Part shown: in pieces, positions 48,560-60,383 of the stretch
Position numbering within the stretch: position 1 is the stretch's first letter
Layout of the letters: each line of letters begins with the position of its first letter
Assembly (NCBI GenBank): GCA_963718525.1
Contig: OY970355.1
Location: 960,001 to 1,024,000 of the forward strand
DNA from: Candidatus Dormiibacterota bacterium
Lineage (GTDB): Bacteria > Chloroflexota > Dormibacteria > Aeolococcales > Aeolococcaceae
Direction: 5' to 3'
DNA: 64,000 nucleotides
Program-made: the position numbers and the translations under genes
Notes under the pieces: generated by a model
Database searches by the model: none
The model's input: the letters and a program-made list of their open reading frames with translations, nothing else
Told to the model about the DNA's origin: nothing

Positions 48560-49108
48560 TCAGCGTCGACCCGCGCGGTCTCTCTGCGCTCGCCGCGATG
48601 CTACGCGCCACTCGCCCTGTGCCTCTTGGTCGGGAGACTTGGTGGCTTCGGTCTCAGCCGCGGCGTCGTAGCCAACGAGGCGGGCGATCTGGTCCGCCGA
48701 CACGGGGACCATGATGAAGCTGCCGTGGAACGGCGTCGTGCTCAGGGTCGGCGTCGTGCTCACGCCCGGCACCGTGGCCTCGGGGGCGGTGCGGGACGGA
48801 GCGGCCGAGGCCTCCGGTGCCGCGCTGTTCGGCCTTAATGCGCCCTCAGCGCCGCTCGCGGTCGACTTATCGCCACGGCCCCGCCCGACGAACGACGGTG
48901 AACCGCCTTCTCGGGTCTCCACGCGATCCTCGGGGTGGGCGGCCTCCAACGCGGTGACGCGCTCGTCGACGTCATCGAGCCGCACGTTCACGACATCCAC
49001 CTCCTCACGCAGCGCCGCAACTTCGAGCGCGGTGGCGCCCCTAGTCTTCCCACCCGTGTTGTCCACAACCCGCGGCGTCCTCGCTTCGACGGTCTCGACG
49101 TCATCCAT
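48560..49108 (-). CDS. Hypothetical protein with coiled coil
   Basis: AAGGAG RBS; LREEVDVVNVRLDDVDERVTALE heptads. Confidence 0.55.
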   Translation of the reverse strand: MDDVETVEARTPRVVDNTGGKTRGATALEVAALREEVDVVNVRLDDVDERVTALEAAHPEDRVETREGGSPSFVGRGRGDKSTASGAEGALRPNSAAPEASAAPSRTAPEATVPGVSTTPTLSTTPFHGSFIMVPVSADQIARLVGYDAAAETEATKSPDQEAQGEWRVASRRAQRDRAGRR

Positions 49109-49404
49109 GGTGATGCTCCTTGCGCTGCCGTGCCGACATTCCACTCGGCAACGCTAAACCACGATGCCCCAACGGGCAGCGTCGTCATCAGATTGTGCGA
49201 TGCGACTTCGCGTGTGGTTGCGGTGCGGCATCGCTGCGCGAGTCCGTGGTCGATGTCATTGCGTCGGTCAATTCGCGAAGACGTGCGTATCGCGCACGTG
49301 CGCGAGGGCCTCTCTGCGACCGCCGAGAAATCACTGTCTGGACTTATACTATTGACAGGTATCCGAACTGATATGCGAACGTGCGACGGCACTGACAACC
49401 GGAC

Positions 49405-49836
49405 ATGACGAAACGACTGCCGCCTCCGAGCCGTGCGAGGTACGCAGCCGCGCATCCCACCATCGGAATCCATGTGACTAGCGATGTCTATACGCAACTC
49501 GTAGCGCTTCGCGACGTCTCAGGACATTCCTTCGGAACGCTCGTGCAGGAGAACCTCGGCGTCATCGAGAAGGAATACCAGTCCGTGCGCAAGCGGGGGT
49601 TTGATGATGGCCACGTCGTAGGGGTTGCCGAGGGTCGCAGAGCTGGATACCTAGAGGCACTCCATCTGTACTGCGTGAGCTACTCCTGCAGCATCTGTGG
49701 TCTGCCGATGAGGCTGCGACCTGGAAGTCGCGCGGCGAAGGTTGCAGCCGAAGCCCTAGGGGAGATGGGCTGGGGGCATAGCCAGTGTCACCAACGGCGG
49801 CGACCCACAGAGGGCCACGATGCGTCGCAGCAGTAG
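49405..49836 (+). CDS. Hypothetical protein (RHH-like N-terminus, C-terminal CxxC...HxxC zinc site)
   Basis: PPSRARY...HPTIGIHV, G-repeat helix, YSCSICG...WGHSQCH; overlaps resolvase start. Confidence 0.65.
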   Translation: MTKRLPPPSRARYAAAHPTIGIHVTSDVYTQLVALRDVSGHSFGTLVQENLGVIEKEYQSVRKRGFDDGHVVGVAEGRRAGYLEALHLYCVSYSCSICGLPMRLRPGSRAAKVAAEALGEMGWGHSQCHQRRRPTEGHDASQQ

Positions 49837-50503
49837 GGCCGAGCGCGGCCGAACGCCGGCGGCGGGCCGGGGACCGGTCCGCGTCGCCCTCTACGCCAGG
49901 GTGAGCACCCGGGAGAAGGATCAAGACCCGGAACTGCAACTCGCCCCGATGCGGAACTACGCCGCTGCCCGGGGTTGGGAGGCGACCACCTACATCGACA
50001 AGGCCTCCGCGGCAGACATGATGCGGCGCTCCGCATGGGCACACCTCATCGAAGACGCGCGACTTCGGAAGATCGACATCGTCCTGGTGTGGAAGTTGGA
50101 CCGTGCCTTTCGCTCTACGCTCCACTGCTTGCGGACCCTCGAAGTCTGGGACGGTCGTGGCGTCGGCTTCGCGTGCGTGACCCAAGACGTCGATACGACG
50201 TCCTCGACTGGTCAGTTGCTGCTCACGATCCTCGCCGCGGTGGCCGAGTTTGAGCGCACTCTGGTCGCCGAGCGTGTCAAGGAAGGTATGGCGAACGCCC
50301 GACGAAAGGGCATCCGTATCGGGCGCCCGCCCGCCACTGAGCGCGAACACGTCGCACGCCACCTTGCCGAGGTGTGCGCGTCGATCGATGCCGGCACGAT
50401 GAGCAAGCGAGCAGGAGCTCGTCGACTTCGCGTTGGGTTCGGAACTCTCGATCGGATTCTCGCCGCTACGAAAGGGCAGGCTGCGAATCGAGAGCTCTCC
50501 TGA
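49820..50503 (+). CDS. Small serine recombinase (resolvase/invertase) with C-terminal HTH
   Basis: ALYARVST..DQ...Q, VWKLDR, AEFER..ERVKEG..GRP. Confidence 0.93.
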   Translation: MRRSSRAERGRTPAAGRGPVRVALYARVSTREKDQDPELQLAPMRNYAAARGWEATTYIDKASAADMMRRSAWAHLIEDARLRKIDIVLVWKLDRAFRSTLHCLRTLEVWDGRGVGFACVTQDVDTTSSTGQLLLTILAAVAEFERTLVAERVKEGMANARRKGIRIGRPPATEREHVARHLAEVCASIDAGTMSKRAGARRLRVGFGTLDRILAATKGQAANRELS

Positions 50504-50630
50504 GTTCACGGAGGGGGCGTATTCGGGTGCACAGAAACGAAATCGTTGCGGAGCACTCCGTCTGGCAATGACCAAACGGACAGTTCTGGGGACATCCCGG
50601 CGTTGACTCCTCGCAACCTAATCGCGATGC

Positions 50631-53600
50631 TCAGTCCGTTTCGAAGCCGTACGCGTCCAGCTTGAGTGTCCGTGCATTCTCGGTGACGGTGCGCGTCACG
50701 TGATCGGGGAATCCGCCGGAGTTGGTGGCTTTGACCTCGACCGAGATTTCGATGTCGGTACCCAAGTAGCCGGCGAGGTTCGCGATCACCTCAGCCGCCA
50801 GCTTCGCAAAGTCGCGTTGGTATCGCTCTGGGTCGAGCTTGGCCACAGCGTAGAAACGTCGCAGGGCTTCGACCACCGGAGCCTCGGCGTCGCGGTCATG
50901 AAGCGTGAGTTCCGCGGTGGCCGGGGGCTTGCCACCAGCGCCCGAGCCCGCCAGGCGTTCGGTCGCCTCATCGACGAGCTGCGGTGCGGCGGCATCCGGC
51001 TGGACGACGAGGGTCGCACCCGTCACTGTCGTCCCCTCCGCGTGCGTGGAGAGAGCCACAAACCGCCCAGTCGTCGGATCGACGCCATCAGCCAGAGCGA
51101 ATCCCATCGTCTGCCACGTAATCGGATTCGCCCCGTGACGGGCCGTTGCGCAAAGGGTCTCCAGGTTCTTGAGACGCGGGAGATATGGGTATCGGGCGAA
51201 TGCGTCCCACACCGCGTTCACGGTCGTGTAGCCCTCGACCCACATCGGCGAGAGGACACCCCCGGGATTGAGAAGGCCGCGGAGCAGCTCGCTGGGGTAG
51301 GCGATACCAAGAGAACCCGCATTGACGAGCTTTCGGCTCGCACGGGCGCCGACCGGTCCCTGGCCGTCGGCCTTCATCATCTCCCACTCGATTGCGCCCA
51401 TCGAGTTCAGGCTGATGCGGGACTAGACACCAGTGGTAGCTCTCGGCGAGACGGAGGTCCACAGCGCGATCAGCGTCACTTCGCTTGGACCGGGCCTGGT
51501 TGGTCTGGAAGACGTCAAGGTTTAGCTCTGCACGGCGGTCGTCGATCTCCTTCCACGCTAGATACTCGGCCGACCCTCGCTCAAGCTCCCCCAGGCGCGT
51601 CAAGTCGGGGGCGAGGAATACGAGCATATTGCGGTACAGCCGTTGCCCCGACGCTCGCTGGTCGAGGATTTCACGTGCGGCCGCCATGGCCTGGGAGTTG
51701 AGGTCTCTGTTCGTGTGGGGCGCACTCGGCGCGAGGATGACGAGCCGTGCTTCTGAATCATCGGGGACCTCACCGGGACTAGCCGGGCACACGTGTACCG
51801 CCACGAACTCCCCGCGCTCGCGGGCTTGCTCGCGAAGTCTGCGAATGATCTCGGCGTGAAGTTCGTCTCGACGGGTCGCGAGCAGTTGGTCCACAAGTTC
51901 GCGGGCACGCCGGGCAACCGACGCCTGCGTCCCGTACCAGTAGCGGGCGCCCTCGACATAGAGGTAGGAGGATCGGTCTGTAAGTCGGTTGAGTGCATCC
52001 CCATACGTGGCTACGGATTCGCCAGGGAGTGTGCACGCGAGCTTGACACGTTGGATCTCCACGCCGCGATTAGCGGAGCCCGTTCTCGGTGCTGACGCTA
52101 GGAAGACGGCCCTAGCCGCACGCCGGGCAGCTCCGTAGCGCCCGAGGTTGGGGAAGGCTCGGTCGAGCCTGTGCGGCACCGATGACGGTCCATCGATGTC
52201 GCTGTCGAGGATTGGCTGCCATGTGTGGTCAAGGTTTCTCGTCAACTCGGACTGCACAGCCGCATCGTCCAACGGGACGCTGGCGGGGAGGATCAAGGGC
52301 GATTGGTCGTTGCCGGCCCAAAGCGCCGAGATCACTGCGGCCATAAGTCGGAGCACGCCGCGGGTGCGCTGGAAACCCTCAAGGGTCGACCAGTCTTCGT
52401 AGAGGCGAGCGAACAGCTCTGGATGAATGGGGTACGAGCGCTTGATCTTCTCGACATACCCCGGCTCTCGGCACTCGCCAGGGAACTCTGATGCCTGCGT
52501 CCGGTACATCTCGCTGAACGTTTGAGCGGTTGCGTCCCGATACCTGGTGAGGTCGGAGGGGATCGGTTCGAACAGGCGGCGTCGGACGATCTCAAAGCTC
52601 TCGTCGGCCGACGCCGGGCGCCACGATGTTTCTGTGCGGGCCATCACATTGCCAAGTCGACGAGCGGCCTCCTGTCCCGCGACGCCACCGACCTCGGCCT
52701 CAGAACCAATTGGAGTAGCGCCGGACCTAGCGGGGTCGTCGGACACGGGGAGTGAAACCACGAGGAGCACTCCCGGGACCGCGATTGCTGCATCGGCAAG
52801 GGTCTGGGCGAAGGAGAACTGCGTCTCGAACATGCCGCCGGGAAGCAGCTCTGATGTCTCGAAGAGCTGGCGGGCGTAAGCTACCCATTCGTCGATCAAG
52901 AGTAAACACGGGCCGAAACGTCTAAACACTTCGGACATCGCACGGCCAGGGTTAGTAGCGGTCCGGTCGGCTTCGCTCACAAGCCGGTAGCCCTCGACGC
53001 CGCCGAGTTGCCAGGCGATCTCGCCCCACAGGGTGCGTATCTCAGTGCCATCGGGCTTTACCTGAGGCTGACCCGGGGAAAACTCCGTGCCGACGAGGAC
53101 AGCTCGCCTCACGGGAGGCAACTCATTCACGCCAGCAGCGGTAAGAAGCTCCTGAATCTCCTGCGGGAACGATGTGGTTGGCAGACCAGAGAAGAGGTGG
53201 TAGAGCGCAATCATGGAGTGGGTCTTGCCGCCGCCGAAATTGGTCTGTAGGTCGACGACAGGTACGCCCCCGCCACTTGTAATCCGCTGGGCCGCGTGCG
53301 TGAGCAGTTGCCGAAGTCCGGCAGTCAAATATGTGCGTCGGAAGAACTCGATTGGCTCCGTGTACTCGGCGAGCCCTCTTCCGAGGTGCACTTGCTGGAG
53401 GTTGGCTGCGAACTCAGCCAGAGCGAATTTGCCCTTGGCGACGTCGTCGTGGGGCTGGATCACCTCTCGCCACGGCCGAAGCCCCCCGGCGGGCTCGGTG
53501 AAGAGAGCATCCGGGTGGGGCGCGGTCTTCTTAGCGTCCGCTTCGAGACGCTGACGCATCAGGTCGCTCTTGGCCGCGCCGACTTCGGTTGCTTCCGAAG

Positions 53601-53943
53601 CACCAATCACCGTGAGCAGCCGTTCGATCGTGTCGAGGGCGCGGTATGCATCGTCGTGCGAGAACGGTTCGTTGTGAGCCCACTTGTTGCGCCAGTCGCG
53701 AACCTCGCCTATCAGGTTGCGCCCCGTCGTCCGCAACTCGTTCCGAAAAACGTCCTGCCAGTTGTCGAGCACGGCGCTGATTTGCGCCGCGGGATCCTTG
53801 TCGACATTGACGTCGGCGTAGGTAGCCTTCCATCCGTCTCCTTTCGGAGAACTCTTGGACATGCGTTGGTCCACATAAGGCCCGAATGCCCGGCCCAACA
53901 ACTCCAGGGCCCTGGCCACGCGATCCCGATTACTTGTCGCCAT
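50631..53943 (-). pseudogene. Swt1-like HEPN plus DUF499 AAA+ ATPase, split by a +1 frameshift near 51406 (real or sequencing error)
   Basis: RNKWAH HEPN motif, EFAANL, TNFGGGKTH, LIDE, YPIHPEL, FQRTRGVLRL; span 3313 = 3x1104+1; C-terminal part in ORF 50631-51401. Confidence 0.85.
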
Positions 53944-56680
53944 CAACTCTCAACCCTGGGAGTGATCCCTGACCGTCAGCACCAACAGCAGCCATTCGGC
54001 TGATCTCAAGCCACGACGCAGCGAGCGCATTGTACGGACCGGCGTCCTTCGACCACTTTTTTGCCTCAGCAATTTGGAACAAACGATATGCAAGATCACG
54101 AGCGGCGTCGCCGAACCCACCGACCTTCGAAAGCAGGTCCGCGGCTGAGGCCTCACCGTCATTGAGCAGTCGCCGGATCAGATGCTGCGTGACCTCCCAG
54201 ACTGTGAGCCGGCTGTCCGTTGTCGGATCCCACGTCGGGTCCAGCTCGTCACGCTCCAACAATCGCACCTTACCGGCGCCCGACTTCACCAGGCCCGCAC
54301 GAACAAGTCCGTCAACGCTGACGTTCTTCGCACGGCTGAGGTCGTCCGCTCTCCCGTATGTTCCCTCATCCATTCCCTGCTCTGCGTACCAAGCGATCGC
54401 CCAGCGAGTGTCCTCGTCGAACTCACCCTCCTGCTCTGCGCTGACTTCATCTAGAACTTGATTGATCAGCGCCAGAGCCGTCCGGACGTGCATTGGTGTG
54501 CCGTCGGGCTCGACCACTTTGGCGTAACCAGAAAAGACGGCCATACCTGGCCCGATCGCTGCCTGGGCGAGATCGACCGGTGCGATGCCCCCACTTTGCA
54601 AATCTCTGAGAGCGTGCCCTAACCGGCCCTTGAGCGATTGGACAAAGCCCCGCCGATCCGTGACGCCAGCCGTGCTCGGGCGCGGTCGGCACACGAGAAC
54701 GATCGACGATGCGAGGGCATTCGTGCCGAGTCCAACGCTCCGGCTCGCGCGCTCAGTCCGCATCGGCCAAGTGCCAGTCACCATCAAACCCGAGCGGAGC
54801 AGACCATCCAGCATCTTCTCCCAACCGGTCGACGCGACGCCACGTGTGTTCCCGTCGGCCTCGTCCTCTGATTCGCTCTGTTTGAATGCATAGAAGATCG
54901 TTAGCGGCGTGCCCTGCGCCGTATGCTTAGCGGCACCACTGAAAACTTGGCGAAAGCCATGCTCAAAATGTTGCTCAGCCTTGTGCTTGTCCCCACCAAA
55001 CCGGAACGGGCTCGCAATCAGTTCCTCCGTTTTTGGCGTGAGAAGAGTCCTGAGCAGGTCAGGATAGATGTTGAAAAGTGACCGCCGCAGCCACACATAG
55101 AAGAAGTCCGAGAGGTCTGCATATCCGATGTTGTCGTAGTACGGCGGGTCACTACAAAGGACAGCCTCACTCCAACCCAGGGAAGCGGCATTTGCGAGAT
55201 CGACGGACACCTCTGCGGACCCGACCAGTGACTCGACAACGCGCGCCGTCGCCTCAACGGATGAGACGAGGTCTCCTGCGGCTCCAGCCAAAGGGTTAGC
55301 CTCGGCATAGTCCCAGGTCATCGGAATGGCTTGGCGGGCAAAAGTGCTCCTGGTTGCCCCCGTGCCATGACCAGAGCGCCACGTGACGATGGTTGAAAGG
55401 TCGTCGGCAGCATTACTACAAGCAAATGCTAAGTACGTTGCGACGGCGTCGGCGTACGCTGGATCGTCGTGGCTGTCGGCGAGGACGCGCTTGTGCGCCT
55501 CGCCGACGAGGTCACTGAATGTACACAATGTCGCAAGCTGCCGGTCCGTGAATAGATCGGCATGGTGCGTCATGCCATAACCCTGGACCCTAAAGCCGAG
55601 CGCACGCTCCGGCAACTCGCTGTCAGGCACATTCACCGGTGGCCTCGGAAGGTCTTCCATCTGTTGATTTGGCGCTGACGGGGGAAAGTAATCGCGCCCC
55701 TGCGTTCCTTCCGCGGCAACTGCCATGAGCTGTGCACCCATACGGCCGGCTTGCGCCTCGACACGGACATGGTCCAGCGGAACTGCCGTGTGACACACAA
55801 GGCAGGTGGCACCCGTGCGAAGGACCGAACCTTCTACGGGCGGCCCCTCCTTACCGTGTCTGATCTCAAACCCAACATTTCTAGCGGTGGAATCTGGGAT
55901 TGGATGAACCCAGGCTTCTCTGCCTCGCTTCTTGCTCAACCAAAAACTGCGTACGAGAGGCATCGTTGCCTGACAGGCTGGGTTTGGACAAATCACCGTT
56001 CGCGCCCAAAGCCATGCAATGACTTTTGCCCGCCTTCCGTCCGCATGGATGAGCGGCGGGTAGAGCGGGCTGAGTCGGCGCTCAGCTTGGTCGCGCATCC
56101 AGTTGCCGTAGTAGCGAATGTCCTCTGCAAGACCCTGAGCGCGTCGCCAGGTCTGCCCCATTTGAAGCGTCGTTCCGGATTCGGGATGGACAGGTGGTCT
56201 GTTCGCGAACTTCGGGGGAAGTTCCGTCAGCGCTTTGGTGATCAGAACCGCGACGGGATTGAGATCGCTGGCGTGCGCCTCCAACCCAAGGCGTTGCGCT
56301 TCGAGTGGTATGGAGCCACCGCCACAGAAGGGGTCGACGATGGTCGGAAGTCCGTCGGGATACCATCGCCGAATCTCCGCTCGCGCTTCTTCGAGGACCT
56401 TCACGTCGTTTGACGCTTCCCAGGGAACAAGACGCTCGATAATGTCAAAGAGCCGACGACGTTCCTGTTCTTGGTCGGCTTCAGTGTGAAAGAGTTCTGG
56501 ATGCGCAGAGGGATCATCAACGAGCTGAGCAAACAGCACTGCGCGGCATGCCGCGAGGGGGCGGCGCGCCCACCACAGGTGGAGCGTGCTTGGGTGGCCG
56601 TGGCGAATGCTCTTCTCTCTCGCTGCTTCCCTGTTGATTACGTCAAGAGGAAGGGCCACCTCGATCAGCTTCGTTGGCAT
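53930..56680 (-). CDS. DUF1156-family adenine DNA methyltransferase
   Basis: KLIEVALPL, HLWWARRPLAACRA, DPFCGGGSIP, DLNPVA, DPPYYDNIGYADLSDFF; two CxxC motifs. Confidence 0.93.
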   Translation of the reverse strand: MPTKLIEVALPLDVINREAAREKSIRHGHPSTLHLWWARRPLAACRAVLFAQLVDDPSAHPELFHTEADQEQERRRLFDIIERLVPWEASNDVKVLEEARAEIRRWYPDGLPTIVDPFCGGGSIPLEAQRLGLEAHASDLNPVAVLITKALTELPPKFANRPPVHPESGTTLQMGQTWRRAQGLAEDIRYYGNWMRDQAERRLSPLYPPLIHADGRRAKVIAWLWARTVICPNPACQATMPLVRSFWLSKKRGREAWVHPIPDSTARNVGFEIRHGKEGPPVEGSVLRTGATCLVCHTAVPLDHVRVEAQAGRMGAQLMAVAAEGTQGRDYFPPSAPNQQMEDLPRPPVNVPDSELPERALGFRVQGYGMTHHADLFTDRQLATLCTFSDLVGEAHKRVLADSHDDPAYADAVATYLAFACSNAADDLSTIVTWRSGHGTGATRSTFARQAIPMTWDYAEANPLAGAAGDLVSSVEATARVVESLVGSAEVSVDLANAASLGWSEAVLCSDPPYYDNIGYADLSDFFYVWLRRSLFNIYPDLLRTLLTPKTEELIASPFRFGGDKHKAEQHFEHGFRQVFSGAAKHTAQGTPLTIFYAFKQSESEDEADGNTRGVASTGWEKMLDGLLRSGLMVTGTWPMRTERASRSVGLGTNALASSIVLVCRPRPSTAGVTDRRGFVQSLKGRLGHALRDLQSGGIAPVDLAQAAIGPGMAVFSGYAKVVEPDGTPMHVRTALALINQVLDEVSAEQEGEFDEDTRWAIAWYAEQGMDEGTYGRADDLSRAKNVSVDGLVRAGLVKSGAGKVRLLERDELDPTWDPTTDSRLTVWEVTQHLIRRLLNDGEASAADLLSKVGGFGDAARDLAYRLFQIAEAKKWSKDAGPYNALAASWLEISRMAAVGADGQGSLPGLRVDGDK

Positions 56681-59600
56681 CAGGCGTCCAAAGGTGATGC
56701 AGCCCGGTGCCAATAGGCCTGCCAGGCGAGGGTCGTGCTAGTTGTGTCAAACGGCAGGCGGACATCGGGACCATAGGGATGCAGCAAGTACTGCACCCGA
56801 TCGTGCTCCGGCCCGTTGGGCGAGACCTCGACGAGTGCAAGGACGTACGCGTCCGGCACGTTCGCGGCAAACCGAAGCTCGTTTTGAGTTACCACGAACG
56901 TGTCAGCTCCTTCGATGCGGCCCTTGACCTCCAAGAACGAAGTCGCGCCTCCGGCCGTGGTCGAGCGCACGTCGTATCCCGGGTGATTGTGAGGCATCTC
57001 GAACGCCTCGTGGCCGAACCGCCTCTCGATCGACAGTACCGCATCGACCGCACGTCGCTCGACGATGGTTGTGTCAACCGCATAGGTGGCTGATGCCGCA
57101 GGTGGCTCGCCGATCGCCTGTAGCACGAGGCCGATTGGTATGACCAGGGCACCCCCGACAACCACCGGAGGTTGAGAGGCTACCTGCGCCTCGCGATCCA
57201 GTTCGGCGAGTCTGGTTTCCTTGCGGCGTTGCAACTCATCGGCACGTCCAGCAGCCCGGTCCGGATTCATCCGTGGTGACTTGCCGGCGGCTGCTTGGAG
57301 TTGAAGCTCACTTGCGCGGTGATCCCAGTAGGTAACCTCTCGCGTCAGGCGCTCTTGTACCGCGGCTTTCACCTTGGCTACTCGCGCCACGATACGGGAG
57401 CGGACTTCGGCGAGGTGCTCGGCGGAGAGAACGTCGATTCCGTAATCGACCGCCCTCGAACTCAACGTCATCGTGCAGCCATGACATCTTCTTGACCAAA
57501 GGACCGAGGGCCAACAGCTCCGCATCGGTGGGCGGCCGAAGGTCAAGGTAAGGCGCGTAGCTCGCCGGTCGAAGCTCGCCTGCTTCGGGAACTTCAACGA
57601 ACTCGAATCGACGTGACACAGTGCGCCGGTTCCCATGGCCATCGTCTCGCGCATCGGTTAGTGCATGTTCCAGGAAGACGAGCACGCTCGGGTCAGTTCC
57701 GCCGTCCGTTGAGTCAACCAACACCGCTCCTTGGCGGAGGAGAGTTCGGTGGCGTTCCAGGGTGATGTCAAGAACCGCTTCGAGAAGCGGATGGCCAGGA
57801 GCTACCAGCTCAGCGAGCGGCTTGCCTTCAACGTGAACGAGCGTCTTCTCGAACGTCACGCGTTGATATTTCGGAAGAACGGGCACACCGGCACCGATTA
57901 AGCGGTCGCGGTTGCGTATTTCGGCGGGGACGAAAGTGACCTCAAACCTGCTCGCCTCGCGTTCGCTCATCCGGCCGCCGAGGTGCGAAAACGCTAGCGC
58001 GAACCATGCGTGTACATAACCCGGTTGCAGCTTGCGGGCCTCGGCTTCGAGCATGTCGGCTCGGATCTGTTCGAGGTCGGCCGTGGACAGCACCTCGGAA
58101 CTGAGCGCATGCTCGCGGACCATCGCCGGAAGACCTTCGCCAACCTTCGCGTCGATGATCCGGTTGAGTTGCGCCTTTACCTCGGGCTGGTTGCCGTAGC
58201 GAATCGCTTGTAGTAGCAGGTCTCGCAGCTCACGGCCGGGGAGAACATCGCCTAGGACGTCAAACACTTGATCCTTACCGAGGGTGTCGCGCATCTCGGA
58301 GAGCTTGTCCAGAAGCCGTCGGTAGACCTGTCCCTCGCGAGTCTCGTCGGCGACGAGGTTCCACATGTGGCAGACCTCAGTCTGCCCGATCCGATGTACC
58401 CGTCCAAATCGCTGCTCGATGCGATTGGGGTTCCACGGCAAGTCGTAGTTCACCAAGAGATGGGCTCGCTGGAGGTTGATGCCTTCTCCGGCAGCGTCAG
58501 TCGCAACCAGGATCAGACAGTCCTTATCCTGGGTGAATCGTTCCTGGATAACTCGTCGTTCTTCACGAGCTACCCCTCCGTGGATCGCGACCACGGCCTC
58601 GTCCTTGCCTAGGTACGTGCGTAGCTTGCCGACGAGGTAGTTCAGTGTGTCGCGATGCTCAGTGAACACGATCAGCTTCCGCCGCGTTCCACCGGCTTCC
58701 ATCATCTCCGGCGCATCGGCGAGAAGGCCAAGAAGTTCGGTCCACTTCTTGTCGATCTGGGATTGGCGAACGCGGTCAGCGAGGCCTTCGAGTCGACCCA
58801 GTGTTGCGATCTCGTGATGCAACTCAGCCAGGGTGCGCGCGCTCGTGGCTTGATCCAGGAGCTGTTCCTCCAGCTCCTCGACCTCGGCGCCCTCGAGATC
58901 CTCAATGTCGTCATCAAAGTCCTCGTCGGGGTCGTCGAGCTGGATGCGAAGCGGTTCGGATTCAGCAAGGATTGCCTGCGCTCGCTGCTGAGCCCTTGCG
59001 TCGCGCGCCCTTTCTTCTAGTCTTTTGCGACGCCGGGAGAGGGATTGATAGATTGCCTCGGGGCTTGATGCGAGTCGCCGCTGCAACACCGTCAGCGCGA
59101 AGCCAACACGGTTTCCACGCCGACCCTCGCCTTCCGCAGATAGGCGTTCAGCGCGCCCCATTTCCTCTGCGACGTAGTCGGTTACCTCCGCGTAGAGCGC
59201 CATCTCCAAGTCAGACAACTCATACGGGACGGTGTAAGCACGGCGCTCGGGGAATAGGGGTCGACCGTCGAACCGCAGGATGTTCTCCTTCACCATTCGA
59301 CGCATAAGGTCTGATACGTCCGCTGTGTGCACCCCGTCGTGGACCTTCCCCTCAAACCGATCTGAATCGAGGAGCGCCATGAAGAGCTGGAAGTCCTCTT
59401 CCTTGCCGGCGTGGGGTGTCGCCGTCATCAACAGGAAATGGCGGGCTGTCTCACCGAGCACTTTGCCGAGCCGATAGCGCTTTGTCTCCTTTACTTCGTT
59501 GCCGAAGTAATGGGCGGCCATTCGGTGAGCCTCGTCGACCACAACGAGATCCCACTCCGTGGCCGCCAATCGCTCTACCAAGTCATCGTTGCGGGAAAGG

Positions 59601-60223
59601 TGATCCAGACGACCGATGAGTAGATTCCGCTCGCTAAATGGGTCGCCTGTTCGCGCTGCTTCAATCAGCTCTCGGGTCAGAATCGAGAAGTCGAGTCCGA
59701 ACTTGTCGTGCAACTCGTCCTGCCATTGCCCGACGAGCCCACCAGGCGCAACGATGAGAGCTCGGCGCAGATCGCCGCGTAACATCAGTTCCTTTATGTA
59801 GAGCCCCGCCATGATGGTCTTCCCGGCTCCGGGGTCGTCAGCGAGGCAGAAGCGCAGCGGCTGACGGGGCAGCATCTCGCCGTAGACGGCGATGATCTGG
59901 TGCGGCAACGGTTCGATGAGGCTGAGATGAACCGCAAGGCGCGGGTCAAAGAGATAGGCGAGGCGGATTCGGCGGGCCTCCGCAACGAGCCGGAACAGGG
60001 CTGCGTCACCATCGAACGACCAAGCGGCGCCGCGCCCGTCTACGCTCAAGTCGCCCTCTTGGGTGCGGTAGACGACCTGCTCGTCCACCTTGCCCGCCGG
60101 CGTGCGGAACGTGAGTACCACGCTCCGAGTCCCAGCCCAGCGAGCTGCGACAACGGTGACGGCCTCACCTGGGACAACCCCCCGAACAAGCGCGCCGGGT
60201 GTCAGTTCCTCAAGCCTCGTCAT
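56680..60223 (-). pseudogene. SNF2-family helicase plus DUF3883 PD-(D/E)xK nuclease, split by a +1 frameshift near 57459 (real or sequencing error)
   Basis: LADDPGAGKT, DEAH, TATPH, GEGINLQ, EQRFGRVHRIGQ; tail GYDVRS..EVKGR..NE; span 3544 = 3x1181+1. Confidence 0.88.
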
Positions 60224-60383
60224 CGCAATCCATACACCCTACGGTCATTTGTGCACCGCCAGCGCCCCAACGATCGCCCTGCCCTCCGTTTGGCGCCATT
60301 GTGGGACTTCATCTGTCGCCAAGCCGCGGATCTCGGCTGCTTGTGTGGTCTGTAGCCCAGCGGCAGCCTGCGGGACACGTGGG

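Noticed and set aside
49345-49380. TATACT and TTGACA hexamers in the divergent intergenic region
   Set aside because: Order and spacing do not form a canonical -35/-10 pair
51401-57465. Programmed ribosomal frameshifting as explanation for the split defence genes
   Set aside because: No slippery heptamer or homopolymer run at either junction
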